From Candidatus Colwellbacteria bacterium CG10_big_fil_rev_8_21_14_0_10_42_22 (GTDB lineage Bacteria; Patescibacteriota; Minisyncoccia; UBA6257; Colwellbacteraceae): DNA of 64,000 nucleotides. Both the position numbers and the translations under genes were made by a program. The notes below the pieces were generated by a model that searched no databases, was not told the origin of the DNA, and worked only from the letters and a program-made list of their open reading frames with translations. Of the stretch, positions 38,011 to 48,580 are shown piece by piece (position 1 is the stretch's first letter; each line of letters begins with the position of its first letter). The stretch covers positions 2,654 to 66,653 of the forward strand of contig PFAH01000008.1 of assembly GCA_002773725.1 (NCBI GenBank), read 5' to 3'.

Positions 38011-39352
38011 AGTCGAAATAGTCGGAGAGCATTCTACCCGCAGAGTTTATGTTACCGGAAGAGTCAAAGAGGGGAAAGTTGGCGGTGATTATGCCTGCTG
38101 CCCTGTTCTTCCTAAAAATTTCGTTTAGGTCGACGGTTGAGAAATAGATAAACTGGTCGTCTTTTTGGGCTTGTCTGATATCCGGTGACACAAATTTTAC
38201 ATCCTTATTTTTAAATGAATACACACCGATGGGATACGTTTGCTTAACTTTAAATCGTTTACCATTTTCAATATCTAGATTTAGGACCGATCCACTATAC
38301 TCCGATTGAGGTATTGGAAGGACTTTTTTGGGCGTGATGAGAGATTTTTTTATATATCTCTCTATAATCAAGTTGCCGGCTTGGATGTTTGAAATTAGAT
38401 TTGGATTAATGGCGATTTGGGTAGTTGAGGATGAAAAGCGGGGATTGCATTCTATTATTTTAATCGCTCCCCCTTCTGAAAGAATAAAATCAACATTAGC
38501 GAATCCCAAAAATCCTTTTTCCTGTAAAATAGATCCGAGGCGTAGAAAAATTTTGTTAATCGGTTCTTTATTTCGTCCTATTGATGAATTAGGTAGCCAT
38601 TGTATACCGGCGAATATGTGGTCTTGACCATCTTTATTAGAAAAGCACTGCTCTCTGATGGGAGAGAGCGCTATGATGTCTGGTGTGCAAAGAATAGTAA
38701 TACCGCAGGGTTTGCCTGGAATAAATTCTCTTAATAAATAGTCCGGATTATTCTTATTTTTTCTGTTTAGGATTTTTTGCAGGTCATCCTTTGAATTTAT
38801 GAAAAAAGTTCCCTCCCCTCCATCTGAGATTGCTTCCTGTAGAACTAGCCGACCGGAAATTTTCACCTTGCTTTTGGTAGGGTTAATAATTTGACTAGAG
38901 GGCTTAGGCAAATTGTTTTCTGCTAAGAATTGATCAAACCAAATTTTATTTTCTAGATTGTTTTGCCAGACCAGATTTGGGCCTATAACTTCAAAGTCGT
39001 GATTCTTAGCTACGCCGTATATTTGTTTGCGATCTTTATTAGCAACGGTCAGCCAGAGATATTTTATTTTATTCTCTTTTATGACCTTAGTGACATCAGA
39101 GTGTTTTAAAATACTGCCGAAATCATTTTTTTCAAGAGAGGGTTTTTTGGTCGATAGGGAATATAGACAAATTTTCTCTTGGGGCAAGAATTGCCTAGCC
39201 CAAAGCTCTTCGGGAGTTTTTCTAGCAACCAAATAGCGTAAATCAAAATATTTGGAGGGCTGTATGATAATAGATTCCTGATCGCACGGGAAAACTCCAA
39301 CTAGGACGGCTTGCTTATTTTTTAGCTTGGAAAGGTGTAAGTTCTTCTTCAT
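37991..39352 (-). CDS. ATP-grasp domain protein with N-terminal uncharacterised domain
   Basis: 453 aa; C-terminal half DGGEGTFFINSKDDL...REFIPGKPCGITILC...FLGFANVDFIL...IKIIECNPRFSSS is the ATP-grasp core. It overlaps both neighbours, by 20 nt and 38 nt. Confidence 0.65.
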   Translation of the reverse strand: MKKNLHLSKLKNKQAVLVGVFPCDQESIIIQPSKYFDLRYLVARKTPEELWARQFLPQEKICLYSLSTKKPSLEKNDFGSILKHSDVTKVIKENKIKYLWLTVANKDRKQIYGVAKNHDFEVIGPNLVWQNNLENKIWFDQFLAENNLPKPSSQIINPTKSKVKISGRLVLQEAISDGGEGTFFINSKDDLQKILNRKNKNNPDYLLREFIPGKPCGITILCTPDIIALSPIREQCFSNKDGQDHIFAGIQWLPNSSIGRNKEPINKIFLRLGSILQEKGFLGFANVDFILSEGGAIKIIECNPRFSSSTTQIAINPNLISNIQAGNLIIERYIKKSLITPKKVLPIPQSEYSGSVLNLDIENGKRFKVKQTYPIGVYSFKNKDVKFVSPDIRQAQKDDQFIYFSTVDLNEIFRKNRAAGIITANFPLFDSSGNINSAGRMLSDYFDYDLKKS

Positions 39353-40703
39353 AAATCGAAATTAATTTCTTTTCAATAGATTTTGGCACACTTGGTCCGG
39401 CGTGAATACCAAAAAAACGATTTCTCAAGTCGGCCTCTCTATTAATCGCTTCTCCGAGAAGATTTTTCTCGAAAAGTTCTACAAGATATCCTTTAGCGCC
39501 AAGGCGATAGGCGAGTAGGAAGGCCAAAAGTTGTTCCTCCCTTACTGCCAGTGGTTTTTCGTAAGGTCGTTTTATTCTTTTAGCGAAGAGGGGATAAAGA
39601 TTTTTATACTCTTTACCAAAGAGGTCTTTATGAAAATCCATTTGTGTTGGTCTTCCGTTTACGGCAATGGAATAAAGAAAAGATTTCGCACACATTGGAC
39701 AAGCGTAGCACCATCTGGATTGAGACCCTTTATTTGGTGAGCACGACATCATATATTTCAAAAGGTGGGGGTAACGATTATAAAGGATTTTCATCTCGGC
39801 AAGATTATATATTGGCTCTACGGGGCTTAATATTTGAATATTGCGATCCGTGAAACCTGCCAAAACCTCATTTTCTTTTTCGGTATAGACGGAGCTTTGG
39901 TCAAAAGAAGGATATGTCTCCGCACCGAACCGGTTTATATAAGAGTCGTCCATATTTTTTTCATTACCCAATACGATATATTTCGCTCGGTGACTAAAAG
40001 CAAAAGGCATTAATTCAAGGGCGAAAGCTAACATGCCGTTTGTATTTTCAAATTCACCTAGTCCCTTTGTAGGGGGTGCATAATACATATCATCGGCCGT
40101 ATCCTCAAAGAAAAGGATTTTTTCCCCTTGCTCACGGACAAAGGTGTTCATAATATTCATCTTAAATTTATATTCTCCGCTGTTCTGGGATTCCATCTCA
40201 ACACCGAAGACAATTTGCAAGTCAAGACCTATTTCTTTAAGCAGGGCGTATGAAAGTAAACTGTCCTTTCCGAAGGAAAGGGCTAGAATGGCTTTCTCTT
40301 CAGAATGATTCGCAAGTGGTGTTATTTTCTGTTCCTCCCTATCTTTGCCCAAAAAGTTTATCTTGCTCGATTCTAGAATTAATTTATTTAACCTCTCGTT
40401 TTTTAATCCAATAAAATCACTGATGCGGGGCAGGTCTTTAGTCACCCCGTAATCGACAAACTGTCTAAATCTTGGTTCTGAAAATTGATAATTTAATTGA
40501 TTGGTCAGCATGGCCAATGGTCTGGTTCTGGCGTAAGTAAAATTTTCAGCCAAGACCTGCCTGTCCTCATTGTCTAGAGAATTAAAGACAGTGGTGGGAT
40601 ATAGAATTGAGTATTTTCCCCCAAACCCAGGTTCAATTACAAACCCGTTCTCTAAAACTCGATAGGATATCTCAAGCTTTTTTCTTGGATTAACCCTTGT
40701 CAT
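39315..40703 (-). CDS. PP-loop (adenine nucleotide alpha-hydrolase superfamily) ATPase with C-terminal Cys cluster
   Basis: 462 aa; PP-loop ILALSFGKDSLLS (SGGxDS-type) and C-terminal WCYACPMCAKS. The specific family is not assigned. Confidence 0.55.
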   Translation of the reverse strand: MTRVNPRKKLEISYRVLENGFVIEPGFGGKYSILYPTTVFNSLDNEDRQVLAENFTYARTRPLAMLTNQLNYQFSEPRFRQFVDYGVTKDLPRISDFIGLKNERLNKLILESSKINFLGKDREEQKITPLANHSEEKAILALSFGKDSLLSYALLKEIGLDLQIVFGVEMESQNSGEYKFKMNIMNTFVREQGEKILFFEDTADDMYYAPPTKGLGEFENTNGMLAFALELMPFAFSHRAKYIVLGNEKNMDDSYINRFGAETYPSFDQSSVYTEKENEVLAGFTDRNIQILSPVEPIYNLAEMKILYNRYPHLLKYMMSCSPNKGSQSRWCYACPMCAKSFLYSIAVNGRPTQMDFHKDLFGKEYKNLYPLFAKRIKRPYEKPLAVREEQLLAFLLAYRLGAKGYLVELFEKNLLGEAINREADLRNRFFGIHAGPSVPKSIEKKLISIYEEELTPFQAKK

Positions 40704-40814
40704 TCACTTCCGGATCATATCGGTTTTACAATTCCGCCAGTTGACGAACCGATATATTTTGTTTGAATTCTCTGCCGAACTGTTTTATGGACACCATAGC
40801 CATTAATGCACAAT

Positions 40815-41606
40815 CTACCTAATTTCGTATATGAGCATAATGCTGATTGCGATCTTCTCTGAGCCGGGTTCTACTGAAGGCGCCATTGGTCCGTCTCCTC
40901 CCTTGCCGTATCCCAAATTGTAACCCTCTACGGAATCCGCATAATAGTCATAGTACGGTTCGTTTTCGCTGATAGAAATGAGCTTGCCCAGACGAAAACC
41001 TCCCGCCTTGGCAATACTTTTAGCTTTTTCTTTTGCTTGACTGATGGCGCTAGCGCGCGCCTCATTTTCAATTTGAGTCGGGTCATCTGCTGAGAAATTA
41101 AGCCCCGAAACGTTATTGGCGCCATTTTCAACTACGCCCGAAAGCAATGCTCCTACATTTTCTAGATTACGTACCTTTACAGATACGGTGTGTTGGATGG
41201 AGTACCCAACAATTTCGGGTGGAGAGCAAATACCATCTTCATCAAAGCATCGACTGTATTGATATCGAGGCGAAACGGAATAGTCCTGCGACTGAATATC
41301 TTTTTCGTCAACGCCGTTACTTTTAAGATATTCAATAACAGCATTCGATTGCTCATTGTTTTGTGTTTGAAGAGATGTCGGATTTATCCCGCCCTCTGTC
41401 AAAACACTAAAAGTGAAAGTTCCAATATCGGGAACGACGACTGCTTCTCCTTCTCCCGTTACGGAAAAGGTTCTTTCGCTATAGTCGGGCTGGTTATATA
41501 CATAACCGACTGAAGCGAAGGCAAATGCGAGAGATGTGACAATTAGAGACATCCCCAAATAATTTTTAATTTTTTCGCTCATAATGTTCCTATTATATAC
41601 TTCCAT
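40815..41606 (-). CDS. SIMPL-domain (DUF541) secreted protein
   Basis: 263 aa; an N-terminal signal/TM, then GYSIQHTVSVKVRNLENVGALLSGVVENGANNVSGLNFSADDP, typical of the SIMPL family. Confidence 0.6.
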   Translation of the reverse strand: MEVYNRNIMSEKIKNYLGMSLIVTSLAFAFASVGYVYNQPDYSERTFSVTGEGEAVVVPDIGTFTFSVLTEGGINPTSLQTQNNEQSNAVIEYLKSNGVDEKDIQSQDYSVSPRYQYSRCFDEDGICSPPEIVGYSIQHTVSVKVRNLENVGALLSGVVENGANNVSGLNFSADDPTQIENEARASAISQAKEKAKSIAKAGGFRLGKLISISENEPYYDYYADSVEGYNLGYGKGGDGPMAPSVEPGSEKIAISIMLIYEIR

Positions 41607-41660
41607 TCTAGAAAAATCCTTTACTACTGGCTCTTGGGATGGCTATAATAGATTTAAAGG

Positions 41661-41969
41661 ATGACTATAGACATAATAGCCAATGGGATAGAGCTCACAG
41701 ATCCGCTTAGGGAATATGTAAATATGAAAATCGGTTCTTTAGAGAAGTATTTAAAGAGCTATGGCCCTGAGAATTTACGGATAGATGTGGAGGTCGCTCG
41801 CACTACCCAGCATCACCGACACGGAGACGTATTTTACGCCGAAGCCAATCTAAATTTGCCTGGCAAGCTTTTAAGGGCAACTCACGAAGCATCTGATATT
41901 AGGGTGGCTATTGATAAGGTTAAAGACACGCTTCAAAGAGAGATTAGGAAATATAAAGATCAACATTAA
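41661..41969 (+). CDS. hpf: ribosome hibernation promoting factor (YfiA/HPF family)
   Basis: 102 aa; IELTDPLREYVNMKIGSLEKYL...IDVEVA fits the sigma-54 modulation / ribosomal subunit interface fold. Confidence 0.8.
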   Translation: MTIDIIANGIELTDPLREYVNMKIGSLEKYLKSYGPENLRIDVEVARTTQHHRHGDVFYAEANLNLPGKLLRATHEASDIRVAIDKVKDTLQREIRKYKDQH

Positions 41970-41972
41970 TCC

Positions 41973-44549
41973 ATGAATATAATTAAAGGCATCGGGAAGC
42001 GCCTGTTTTCGAGTGCTCCCAAGCGTCCCAAAGAAATAGATGAGATTAATGCCCTCGAAGAGGAGGTCTCAAAATTAACTGACGAAGAACTTAAGGAAAG
42101 GGGATTGGCATTAAAAAAAGAAGCCCAAAGTGGGGTTGGTTTAGACGATTTACTTGTTAGAGCTTTTGCTGTTGTTAGGGAAGTGGCAAAAAGAAAACTT
42201 GGTCAGCGTCACTACGATGTCCAGCTTTGGGGCGGTATTGTGATGCACCAACAAGGTATTGCAGAGATGGTAACGGGTGAAGGAAAAACCTTAGCAGCGA
42301 CGGCGCCAGTTTATCTAAACGCCCTTGATGGCAAAGGAGTGCATGTTATAACCGTCAATGACTACTTGGCTAAAAGAGACGCCGTTTGGATGGGGCAAAT
42401 CTATTACGAACTTGGTCTTTCGGTCGGTTGTTTGCTTCACGACCAGGCCCTTGTTTATGACCCTGAATGGAAACTTACGGATGAAGAAAGGGAGGCGTTG
42501 GATAAAGAAAGAGACGAAACTGGTAGTTTCAAAGTTAAAGAAGAATTTTTAAGACCCGTAGACAGGAAAGAAGCATATGCAGCAGACGTAACATACGGCA
42601 CTAATCATGAATTTGGTTTTGATTATCTGAGAGATAATCTTAAACGTTCTAAATTCGATCAAGTTCAACGTAAGCTTAATTTTGCAGTGGTTGATGAGAT
42701 TGACTCTATTTTAATAGACGAAGCTAGAACGCCTCTTATTATATCTGTTCCAGATATGGGGTCTTCTGATTATTACAGAGTTTTTGCCGGAGCGGTTAGA
42801 AACCTAGTTCCTGAAGAGGATTACATCGTTGATGAGAAACTACGCTCGGTGGAAATTACAGAACCCGGCATTGATAAAGTCGAGAAGAAAACGGGTATAA
42901 AAAATCTTTACGATGTTCATAATCTACGCCTAGCTCATTATCTAGAGGCGAGTTTAAAAGCGAGTATTCTTTTTGAGAAAGATAAGGAGTATGTGGTTAA
43001 AGATGGGCAAGTTATTATCGTCGATCAATTCACGGGACGTTTGATGCACGGTAGGCGATACAGTGCTGGCATTCATCAAGCAATAGAAGCCAAGGAGGGC
43101 TTAGCTGTCCAAGACGAGTCGCGGACATTTGCCCAGATTACAATTCAAAACTATTTCCGCCTTTATAAAAAATTAGCGGGCATGACAGGTACTGCTCAGA
43201 CCTCAGCTGAAGAATTCTTCAAAGTTTATGAACTTGAGGTGGTCTCTATTCCGACAAACAAACCCCTAATCAGGAAAGATAAGGAAGACCTTATATACAA
43301 AAATATGCACGCTAAACATGACGCTATAGTTAAGGATGTCAAAAGTTGTCAGGAAAAGGGCCAGCCCGTTTTGATAGGCACCGTTTCTATTGAAAAGAAC
43401 GAAGAGCTGGCAAAAGTTTTAAAAAGAGCAGGTATTCAGTATGAAATATTAAATGCCAAAAATCATGAACGAGAAGGAAGTATTATTGCCCAAGCCGGTA
43501 GAGAGGGCGCGGTGACAGTTGCCACCAATATGGCTGGTAGGGGAGTAGATATAGTTCTTGGTGGCAATCCGTACAATCAGGAAAAAGCAGAGAAAGTAAA
43601 AGAAGTGGGTGGATTATATGTAATTGGCACAGAGCGTCACGAAGCCAGACGCATTGATAATCAGCTTAGAGGGCGTGCTGGTAGGCAGGGAGATGAGGGA
43701 GTGTCTCAATTTTATCTTTCACTAGAAGACGATTTGATGAGAATTTTCGGTGGTGAACGTTTGCAGGGATTAATGGAGAGATTTGATTTTCCCGAAGACG
43801 TGCCTATAGAAAATAAAATGGTGTCTGGTGCTATTGTCCAGGCGCAAAACAAAGTAGAAGGATTCAACTTCGATTCCAGAAAACACCTACTAGAATATGA
43901 CGACATTCTTAATAAACAAAGATTATCTTTTTATAGAAAACGCCAGGAAATATTGGAAAATATTGAAGACGACCTGGGCAAGATTAGGGATTTGATAAGT
44001 CAATTCTTTGCTAACCAATTAGAGGTTTTTAGAGTTGCCGAGATTCCTCCAGAGCACCGAAAGAAAGTTCTTGTTGAAATTGGAGCTCCTACAGAAGACC
44101 TTGGTAAGCTCCAAGAGTTTGCTGATAAAAAGATAAAAGAGATAGAGAATATGGTCCCCCTAGGCCATCAGCTTCTTAATATTATGGACACCCTTTGGAT
44201 GAATCACTTAGAAGATATAGAAGCGCTTAGAGAAGCGGTGCGCATTAGGGCTTATGGTCAAAAGGACCCGTTGGTTGAATACAGACGTGAGAGTAAAATA
44301 CTTTTTGACAGGATGAACGGTAATTTAGAGGCATGGATTTTCATGAATCTTCTTAGAATAAAAACAGAGAAAAGAGATGGTGAAGAAGAAGATCTAATTC
44401 AAGAAAGAATCCAAATTGTTCGTCCTAAAGGAGGGGACAAAATTGGACGTAACGACCCATGCCCTTGTGGAGCGATTAACCTAGACACCGGGAATGTATA
44501 TAAATATAAAAAGTGCGGTTTAATTAATGCTCCACATCATCAAAAATAA
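41973..44549 (+). CDS. secA: preprotein translocase ATPase SecA
   Basis: 858 aa; DEAD motor with MVTGEGKT and VDEIDSILIDEARTPLIIS, and the C-terminal zinc motif CPCG...C. Confidence 0.95.
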   Translation: MNIIKGIGKRLFSSAPKRPKEIDEINALEEEVSKLTDEELKERGLALKKEAQSGVGLDDLLVRAFAVVREVAKRKLGQRHYDVQLWGGIVMHQQGIAEMVTGEGKTLAATAPVYLNALDGKGVHVITVNDYLAKRDAVWMGQIYYELGLSVGCLLHDQALVYDPEWKLTDEEREALDKERDETGSFKVKEEFLRPVDRKEAYAADVTYGTNHEFGFDYLRDNLKRSKFDQVQRKLNFAVVDEIDSILIDEARTPLIISVPDMGSSDYYRVFAGAVRNLVPEEDYIVDEKLRSVEITEPGIDKVEKKTGIKNLYDVHNLRLAHYLEASLKASILFEKDKEYVVKDGQVIIVDQFTGRLMHGRRYSAGIHQAIEAKEGLAVQDESRTFAQITIQNYFRLYKKLAGMTGTAQTSAEEFFKVYELEVVSIPTNKPLIRKDKEDLIYKNMHAKHDAIVKDVKSCQEKGQPVLIGTVSIEKNEELAKVLKRAGIQYEILNAKNHEREGSIIAQAGREGAVTVATNMAGRGVDIVLGGNPYNQEKAEKVKEVGGLYVIGTERHEARRIDNQLRGRAGRQGDEGVSQFYLSLEDDLMRIFGGERLQGLMERFDFPEDVPIENKMVSGAIVQAQNKVEGFNFDSRKHLLEYDDILNKQRLSFYRKRQEILENIEDDLGKIRDLISQFFANQLEVFRVAEIPPEHRKKVLVEIGAPTEDLGKLQEFADKKIKEIENMVPLGHQLLNIMDTLWMNHLEDIEALREAVRIRAYGQKDPLVEYRRESKILFDRMNGNLEAWIFMNLLRIKTEKRDGEEEDLIQERIQIVRPKGGDKIGRNDPCPCGAINLDTGNVYKYKKCGLINAPHHQK

Positions 44550-44818
44550 TGGCGGAATATAAGAAAAAGGTTTGGCCTCAACAGTTTGAATCGCTTAAAT
44601 CGGGCAAAAGGAAAGCTGATTTAAGATTGGCAGAATTTGAACCCCATGAGGGAGATACGATGATTTTGCAGGAATGGAATCCGGAAACACAAGAATATAC
44701 GGGTAGAGAATTAAAGAAAAAAATAACTCATATCAGCAAATTTCGTGTGGACGACATACCCTTTTGGGCAGAGCAGGAAATTAGAGAAAAAGGAATCTTA
44801 ATTATTTCTCTAGAATAG
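44549..44818 (+). CDS. DUF3850 (ASCH-like) domain protein
   Basis: 89 aa; KVWPQQFESLKSGKRKADLRLAEFEPHEGDTMILQEWNPETQEYTGRELKKKITHI follows the DUF3850 consensus. Confidence 0.6.
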   Translation: MAEYKKKVWPQQFESLKSGKRKADLRLAEFEPHEGDTMILQEWNPETQEYTGRELKKKITHISKFRVDDIPFWAEQEIREKGILIISLE

Positions 44819-44821
44819 ATT

Positions 44822-45910
44822 CTATAGAACGGAATTCACGACTTTCATGAATTCTTCCCTAAATCTTTTCTTTGAATATTTTTCAGCTGTTTCAGACACT
44901 CTTTTAGGATTAAATGTTCTCTTCTCAAATCTTTGAACTGCCTCAATAAGACCATTCTCGCTCTGCTCGCCAAAGAGTATTCCGTTCAAGCCATCTTCTA
45001 TTATTTCGGCTGTTCCACCGGCATTATAGCCAATAACGGGCGTTCCACAGGCGATAGATTCAGCGCTTACCAAACCGAAATCTTCAATTTGAGGAACAAT
45101 AACGGCTTTCGCTTTGGCAATAATTTCCCGAAGCTTGTTCTCGTCTTCTACAAAGGAAAGATATTCTAATCCATCAGAGCCATTTATGAGTTTTTTGACT
45201 GCATATTCTTCGGGGCCAGCGCCTACCACCTTAAGGGGCAGACCCATTTTCTTAAAGGCGTGAATGACCATTAAGAATTTTTTATAGTGAATAATCCTAC
45301 CGTAAATTAGATAGTAGTTTTGTTTTTCTATCTTGGGGTCGTAGTAAAAGACGTGGTCTTCAATTGGTGGGTTGAGCACCTTAGCTTCTCGACCGTAATA
45401 ATTATTAATCTTATCAGCAATGTGATTAGAGTTAGTCAGGATGTGGTCGGGCTTCTGGGAAAATTTTTTATCTTGCCAACGCACATATTGAATAGCTGGC
45501 ATGCCTGCCCAAATAAGGGGTTTGGGGAAAAGATCGGGGAGATATGTCCATGGTTCCCAAGCATATCGTAAGGGAGAGTGGATATATGAAATATGAACGC
45601 TATTTTTATACCTAACTCCTTTTACAAAACCCATAGTATTAGTGATTATAAGATCATATTTATCTCCTAAATTTAAACTTTGAGCGGCGTGTCCAAGGAT
45701 AGGAATAAATAGGCGGTGGCGTTTCCGAACAAAAGGAGTATCGATAAAACTAGTGTGAATTTCTTTATTTTTGAATAGATGTCCAAGAGATTTGGGCTCA
45801 TAAAGTAGAGTGTAGATGGGCGCTTCGGGAAACATCTCAATAAGGTTTAGCAATACCCTTTCTTGGCCTCCAAATTGGTCTAAATAATCGTGAACTAGAG
45901 CTACGCGCAT
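44822..45910 (-). CDS. family-4 glycosyltransferase (GT-B fold)
   Basis: 362 aa; MRVALVHDYLDQFGGQERV N-terminus. C-terminal sugar-donor block GTPVIGYNAGGTAEIIEDGLNGILF carries the EX7E-like motif. Confidence 0.8.
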   Translation of the reverse strand: MRVALVHDYLDQFGGQERVLLNLIEMFPEAPIYTLLYEPKSLGHLFKNKEIHTSFIDTPFVRKRHRLFIPILGHAAQSLNLGDKYDLIITNTMGFVKGVRYKNSVHISYIHSPLRYAWEPWTYLPDLFPKPLIWAGMPAIQYVRWQDKKFSQKPDHILTNSNHIADKINNYYGREAKVLNPPIEDHVFYYDPKIEKQNYYLIYGRIIHYKKFLMVIHAFKKMGLPLKVVGAGPEEYAVKKLINGSDGLEYLSFVEDENKLREIIAKAKAVIVPQIEDFGLVSAESIACGTPVIGYNAGGTAEIIEDGLNGILFGEQSENGLIEAVQRFEKRTFNPKRVSETAEKYSKKRFREEFMKVVNSVL

Positions 45911-46014
45911 ATTTAGTTTCTAATTGATAGGTTTTAGTTGAAAGTTAATGGTTTATAGGTCCTAGCCACTAGCCACTACTCCCTTCTAGGATGCTATAAT
46001 CTTATCACTCAGCG

Positions 46015-46617
46015 ATGAAATATCCTCTGTGGAAAAGATTTTTTGATATTACGGGGGCCGTCTTAGGCCTTTTAATTTTTTTACCCCTATTTCCGCTTAT
46101 AGCTTTAGCCATAAAGTTAGATAGTGAAGGGCCCGTCTTTGTGAGATTGAAGAGGGTGAGCGAGGGTAGAGAAATTATGGTTTATAAATTTCGTTCTATG
46201 ATTAAGAATGCCGAAGAGCAAAAAGTTCGACTGGCTCATCTTAATGAGCGTAACGATGGTCCTCTTTTCAAAATTCGGAAAGATCCACGTGTGACGAGAG
46301 TCGGTAGATTTATACGAAGAATTCGGATAGATGAATCTCCACAATTAGTAAATGTTCTAAGAGGTGAGTTGGGATTGGTGGGCCCTCGTCCCCGTGAGCC
46401 AGAAGAAGCAAGACAATACCCTCGCGAATACAAAAAAATTATTGATTTTCGAAACGGCGTAACGGGTTATTCTCAAGTAAACGGAGCATCTAGTTTGCCT
46501 TTTATAAAAGAGCTTGAACTCGATAAATATTATGTTGAGAACTTTTCTTTTTGGCTCGATTTAAAGATTGTTTTAAAGACAATCGTTATTTTATTTTTCG
46601 ACCCCACAGCCGTATGA
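46015..46617 (+). CDS. polyprenyl-phosphate sugar-1-phosphate transferase (monotopic bacterial sugar transferase, PglC/WbaP C-terminal type)
   Basis: 200 aa; one re-entrant helix, then GPVFVRLKRVSEGREIMVYKFRSM...NDGPLFKIRKDPRVTRVGRFIRRIRIDESPQL...GELGLVGPRP. Confidence 0.8.
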   Translation: MKYPLWKRFFDITGAVLGLLIFLPLFPLIALAIKLDSEGPVFVRLKRVSEGREIMVYKFRSMIKNAEEQKVRLAHLNERNDGPLFKIRKDPRVTRVGRFIRRIRIDESPQLVNVLRGELGLVGPRPREPEEARQYPREYKKIIDFRNGVTGYSQVNGASSLPFIKELELDKYYVENFSFWLDLKIVLKTIVILFFDPTAV

Positions 46618-46624
46618 TTGATTT

Positions 46625-48580
46625 ATGAGTTTGAGAGACGGTCCGGTCATGGCTGATATTAAAAAGCCCAAAAAGGTGGACCGACATCAACCCAACAAAA
46701 GCCCGGTAAAAAAGGAATCTTTGAGCCGTAGTAGAAAGGTGGCGGTATTCCTGCTTTTTGTTTTATTAATAGCATCTTCATCTTATTTTGCCCTTGATTT
46801 AAGCAGTAGTGCCAAAAGAATTTACAGAGGATTTAAAGATCTTGCGGGGGATATAGCTGGTTTTGGTGGTTCTGGATTTGAAAACTCCTTGAACTCTATA
46901 GGACAGGATATAGATGATTTAGGCAGAAGAGCAGAGCTTCTTAGCTTAATTCCCCAACTTAAAGAAATACCGGGCGTTGTGGCAGATTTAAAACAAATTG
47001 TCTCAATCGTCGCAAACTTAGGGGCAGTATTTTCTGAAACCAGAGATAATGGTCTATCTCTAGCATTTAACGGTGAGGGAGAAGAGCTTTTAAAAGCTTT
47101 AAAAATAATGAGTTTTGATTTGGGTCAATTAGAAGTGATCAGCAATAGATTATTGGAAAGAGTTGGAGAGATTAGCCCATATGAGGAAAAATTTAATGGT
47201 TTTGGCCTAGAACTGTTGGATGTCAAAGAAAGAATGGATGCGTTGATAATATTCTTAGACGTTCCTCAAAAGAGAAATATTATTTTACTTTTTGAAAACC
47301 CTTCTGAACTAAGACCATCTGGTGGTTTTGCCGGCAGTTATGGAGAACTCGCCTTATTAAAAGGTGGGATAGAGGAGTTGGTAGTTAATGATATATATTA
47401 TCCAGACAAATTTTTAACCGAAAAAGTGGTTCCACCACTACAACTTCAAGGCATAACACCCGACTGGGGTGCTCGAGACACTAATTGGTTTTTTGATTTT
47501 TCCCTGTCATCAAGAAAACTGCTCGAATATTTAGAAAAGTCGGATGTTTATAAAGAGACCGACTTCGACGGGGTTATTTCAATAAACGTCAGAGTGGTGG
47601 AAGATATTCTTCGCTTAACCGGTCCTATCAAAATACCAGAATATAATATGGAGCTTGGGTATAAGGATTTTTTAAGAGAGATACAGGAGCAAGTTGTTGA
47701 AGATCGAGCGCCAGGACAAAACCCAAAGGAAGTATTGAAATATGCCTTACCTGCCCTCATCGAAGCAGTTGGCAACTTAAAGGCAGAGAAAAAGGCGGAA
47801 CTTTTAAATATATTTACGGAGCGAGCACGGAGAAAAGATGTTAAGTTCTATTTTGAAGACGAAAGAATGCAGGCAATGGTTGCCCAAATGGGTGTAGCTG
47901 GTCAGGAATACAATATTGAGAATGGTTTTGTGGGCGATTATTTAGCAGTAGTTAATGCAAACATAGCCGGGGGTAAGACAGATGTTTTTGTCGACCAAAG
48001 AGTGGTTCTTGAAAGTAAGATTAATTCCGACGGTTTCGTCCAAAACAGATTACTTATATCGAGACGACACTGGGGAGGAAGGGAGCCCGAGATTTTTTAT
48101 AATCAAACTAATAAAAATTTCTTGCGTATTTTTACTGTTCCAACTGCGAATCTTAGTTATATAGAAGGAGGTTTTAGTAAGCAGATAGAACCACTTGTAA
48201 ATTACAACAGTTCTTTTGAGAAAGATCCCGACTTGTCAGTTCTTGAGAATACACGTACGCTTCTTTCGACTTCACCAGACGGGTATGCGGAGCGCTATAT
48301 GTATTCCGGAAAGAGAATTTTTGGAACGTGGTTCGATATAGAGCCGGGTGAAAATAAGTCGCTCGAACTTAGATATAGTGGTCAAAGAGTAGCGATTAAA
48401 AATGGTCAGCAATATAAATTCATCTTAGATAAACAATCTGGAAGTGAGATGATGTTTGAATACACCCTAGTGGCACCCGAGGCCTTTATTTGGGCAGAAA
48501 GTGGCACTAAGGAATATCGGTATCAAGAGAAGATATTACCAGCCAGATTAGAAATAATCCTAACATTACAGAAGAAATGA
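46625..48580 (+). CDS. large membrane-anchored hypothetical protein (possibly DUF4012 family)
   Basis: 651 aa; basic N-terminus, a single TM VAVFLLFVLLIASSSYFAL, then a large soluble domain. It sits between a sugar transferase and lepA. Confidence 0.4.
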   Translation: MSLRDGPVMADIKKPKKVDRHQPNKSPVKKESLSRSRKVAVFLLFVLLIASSSYFALDLSSSAKRIYRGFKDLAGDIAGFGGSGFENSLNSIGQDIDDLGRRAELLSLIPQLKEIPGVVADLKQIVSIVANLGAVFSETRDNGLSLAFNGEGEELLKALKIMSFDLGQLEVISNRLLERVGEISPYEEKFNGFGLELLDVKERMDALIIFLDVPQKRNIILLFENPSELRPSGGFAGSYGELALLKGGIEELVVNDIYYPDKFLTEKVVPPLQLQGITPDWGARDTNWFFDFSLSSRKLLEYLEKSDVYKETDFDGVISINVRVVEDILRLTGPIKIPEYNMELGYKDFLREIQEQVVEDRAPGQNPKEVLKYALPALIEAVGNLKAEKKAELLNIFTERARRKDVKFYFEDERMQAMVAQMGVAGQEYNIENGFVGDYLAVVNANIAGGKTDVFVDQRVVLESKINSDGFVQNRLLISRRHWGGREPEIFYNQTNKNFLRIFTVPTANLSYIEGGFSKQIEPLVNYNSSFEKDPDLSVLENTRTLLSTSPDGYAERYMYSGKRIFGTWFDIEPGENKSLELRYSGQRVAIKNGQQYKFILDKQSGSEMMFEYTLVAPEAFIWAESGTKEYRYQEKILPARLEIILTLQKK

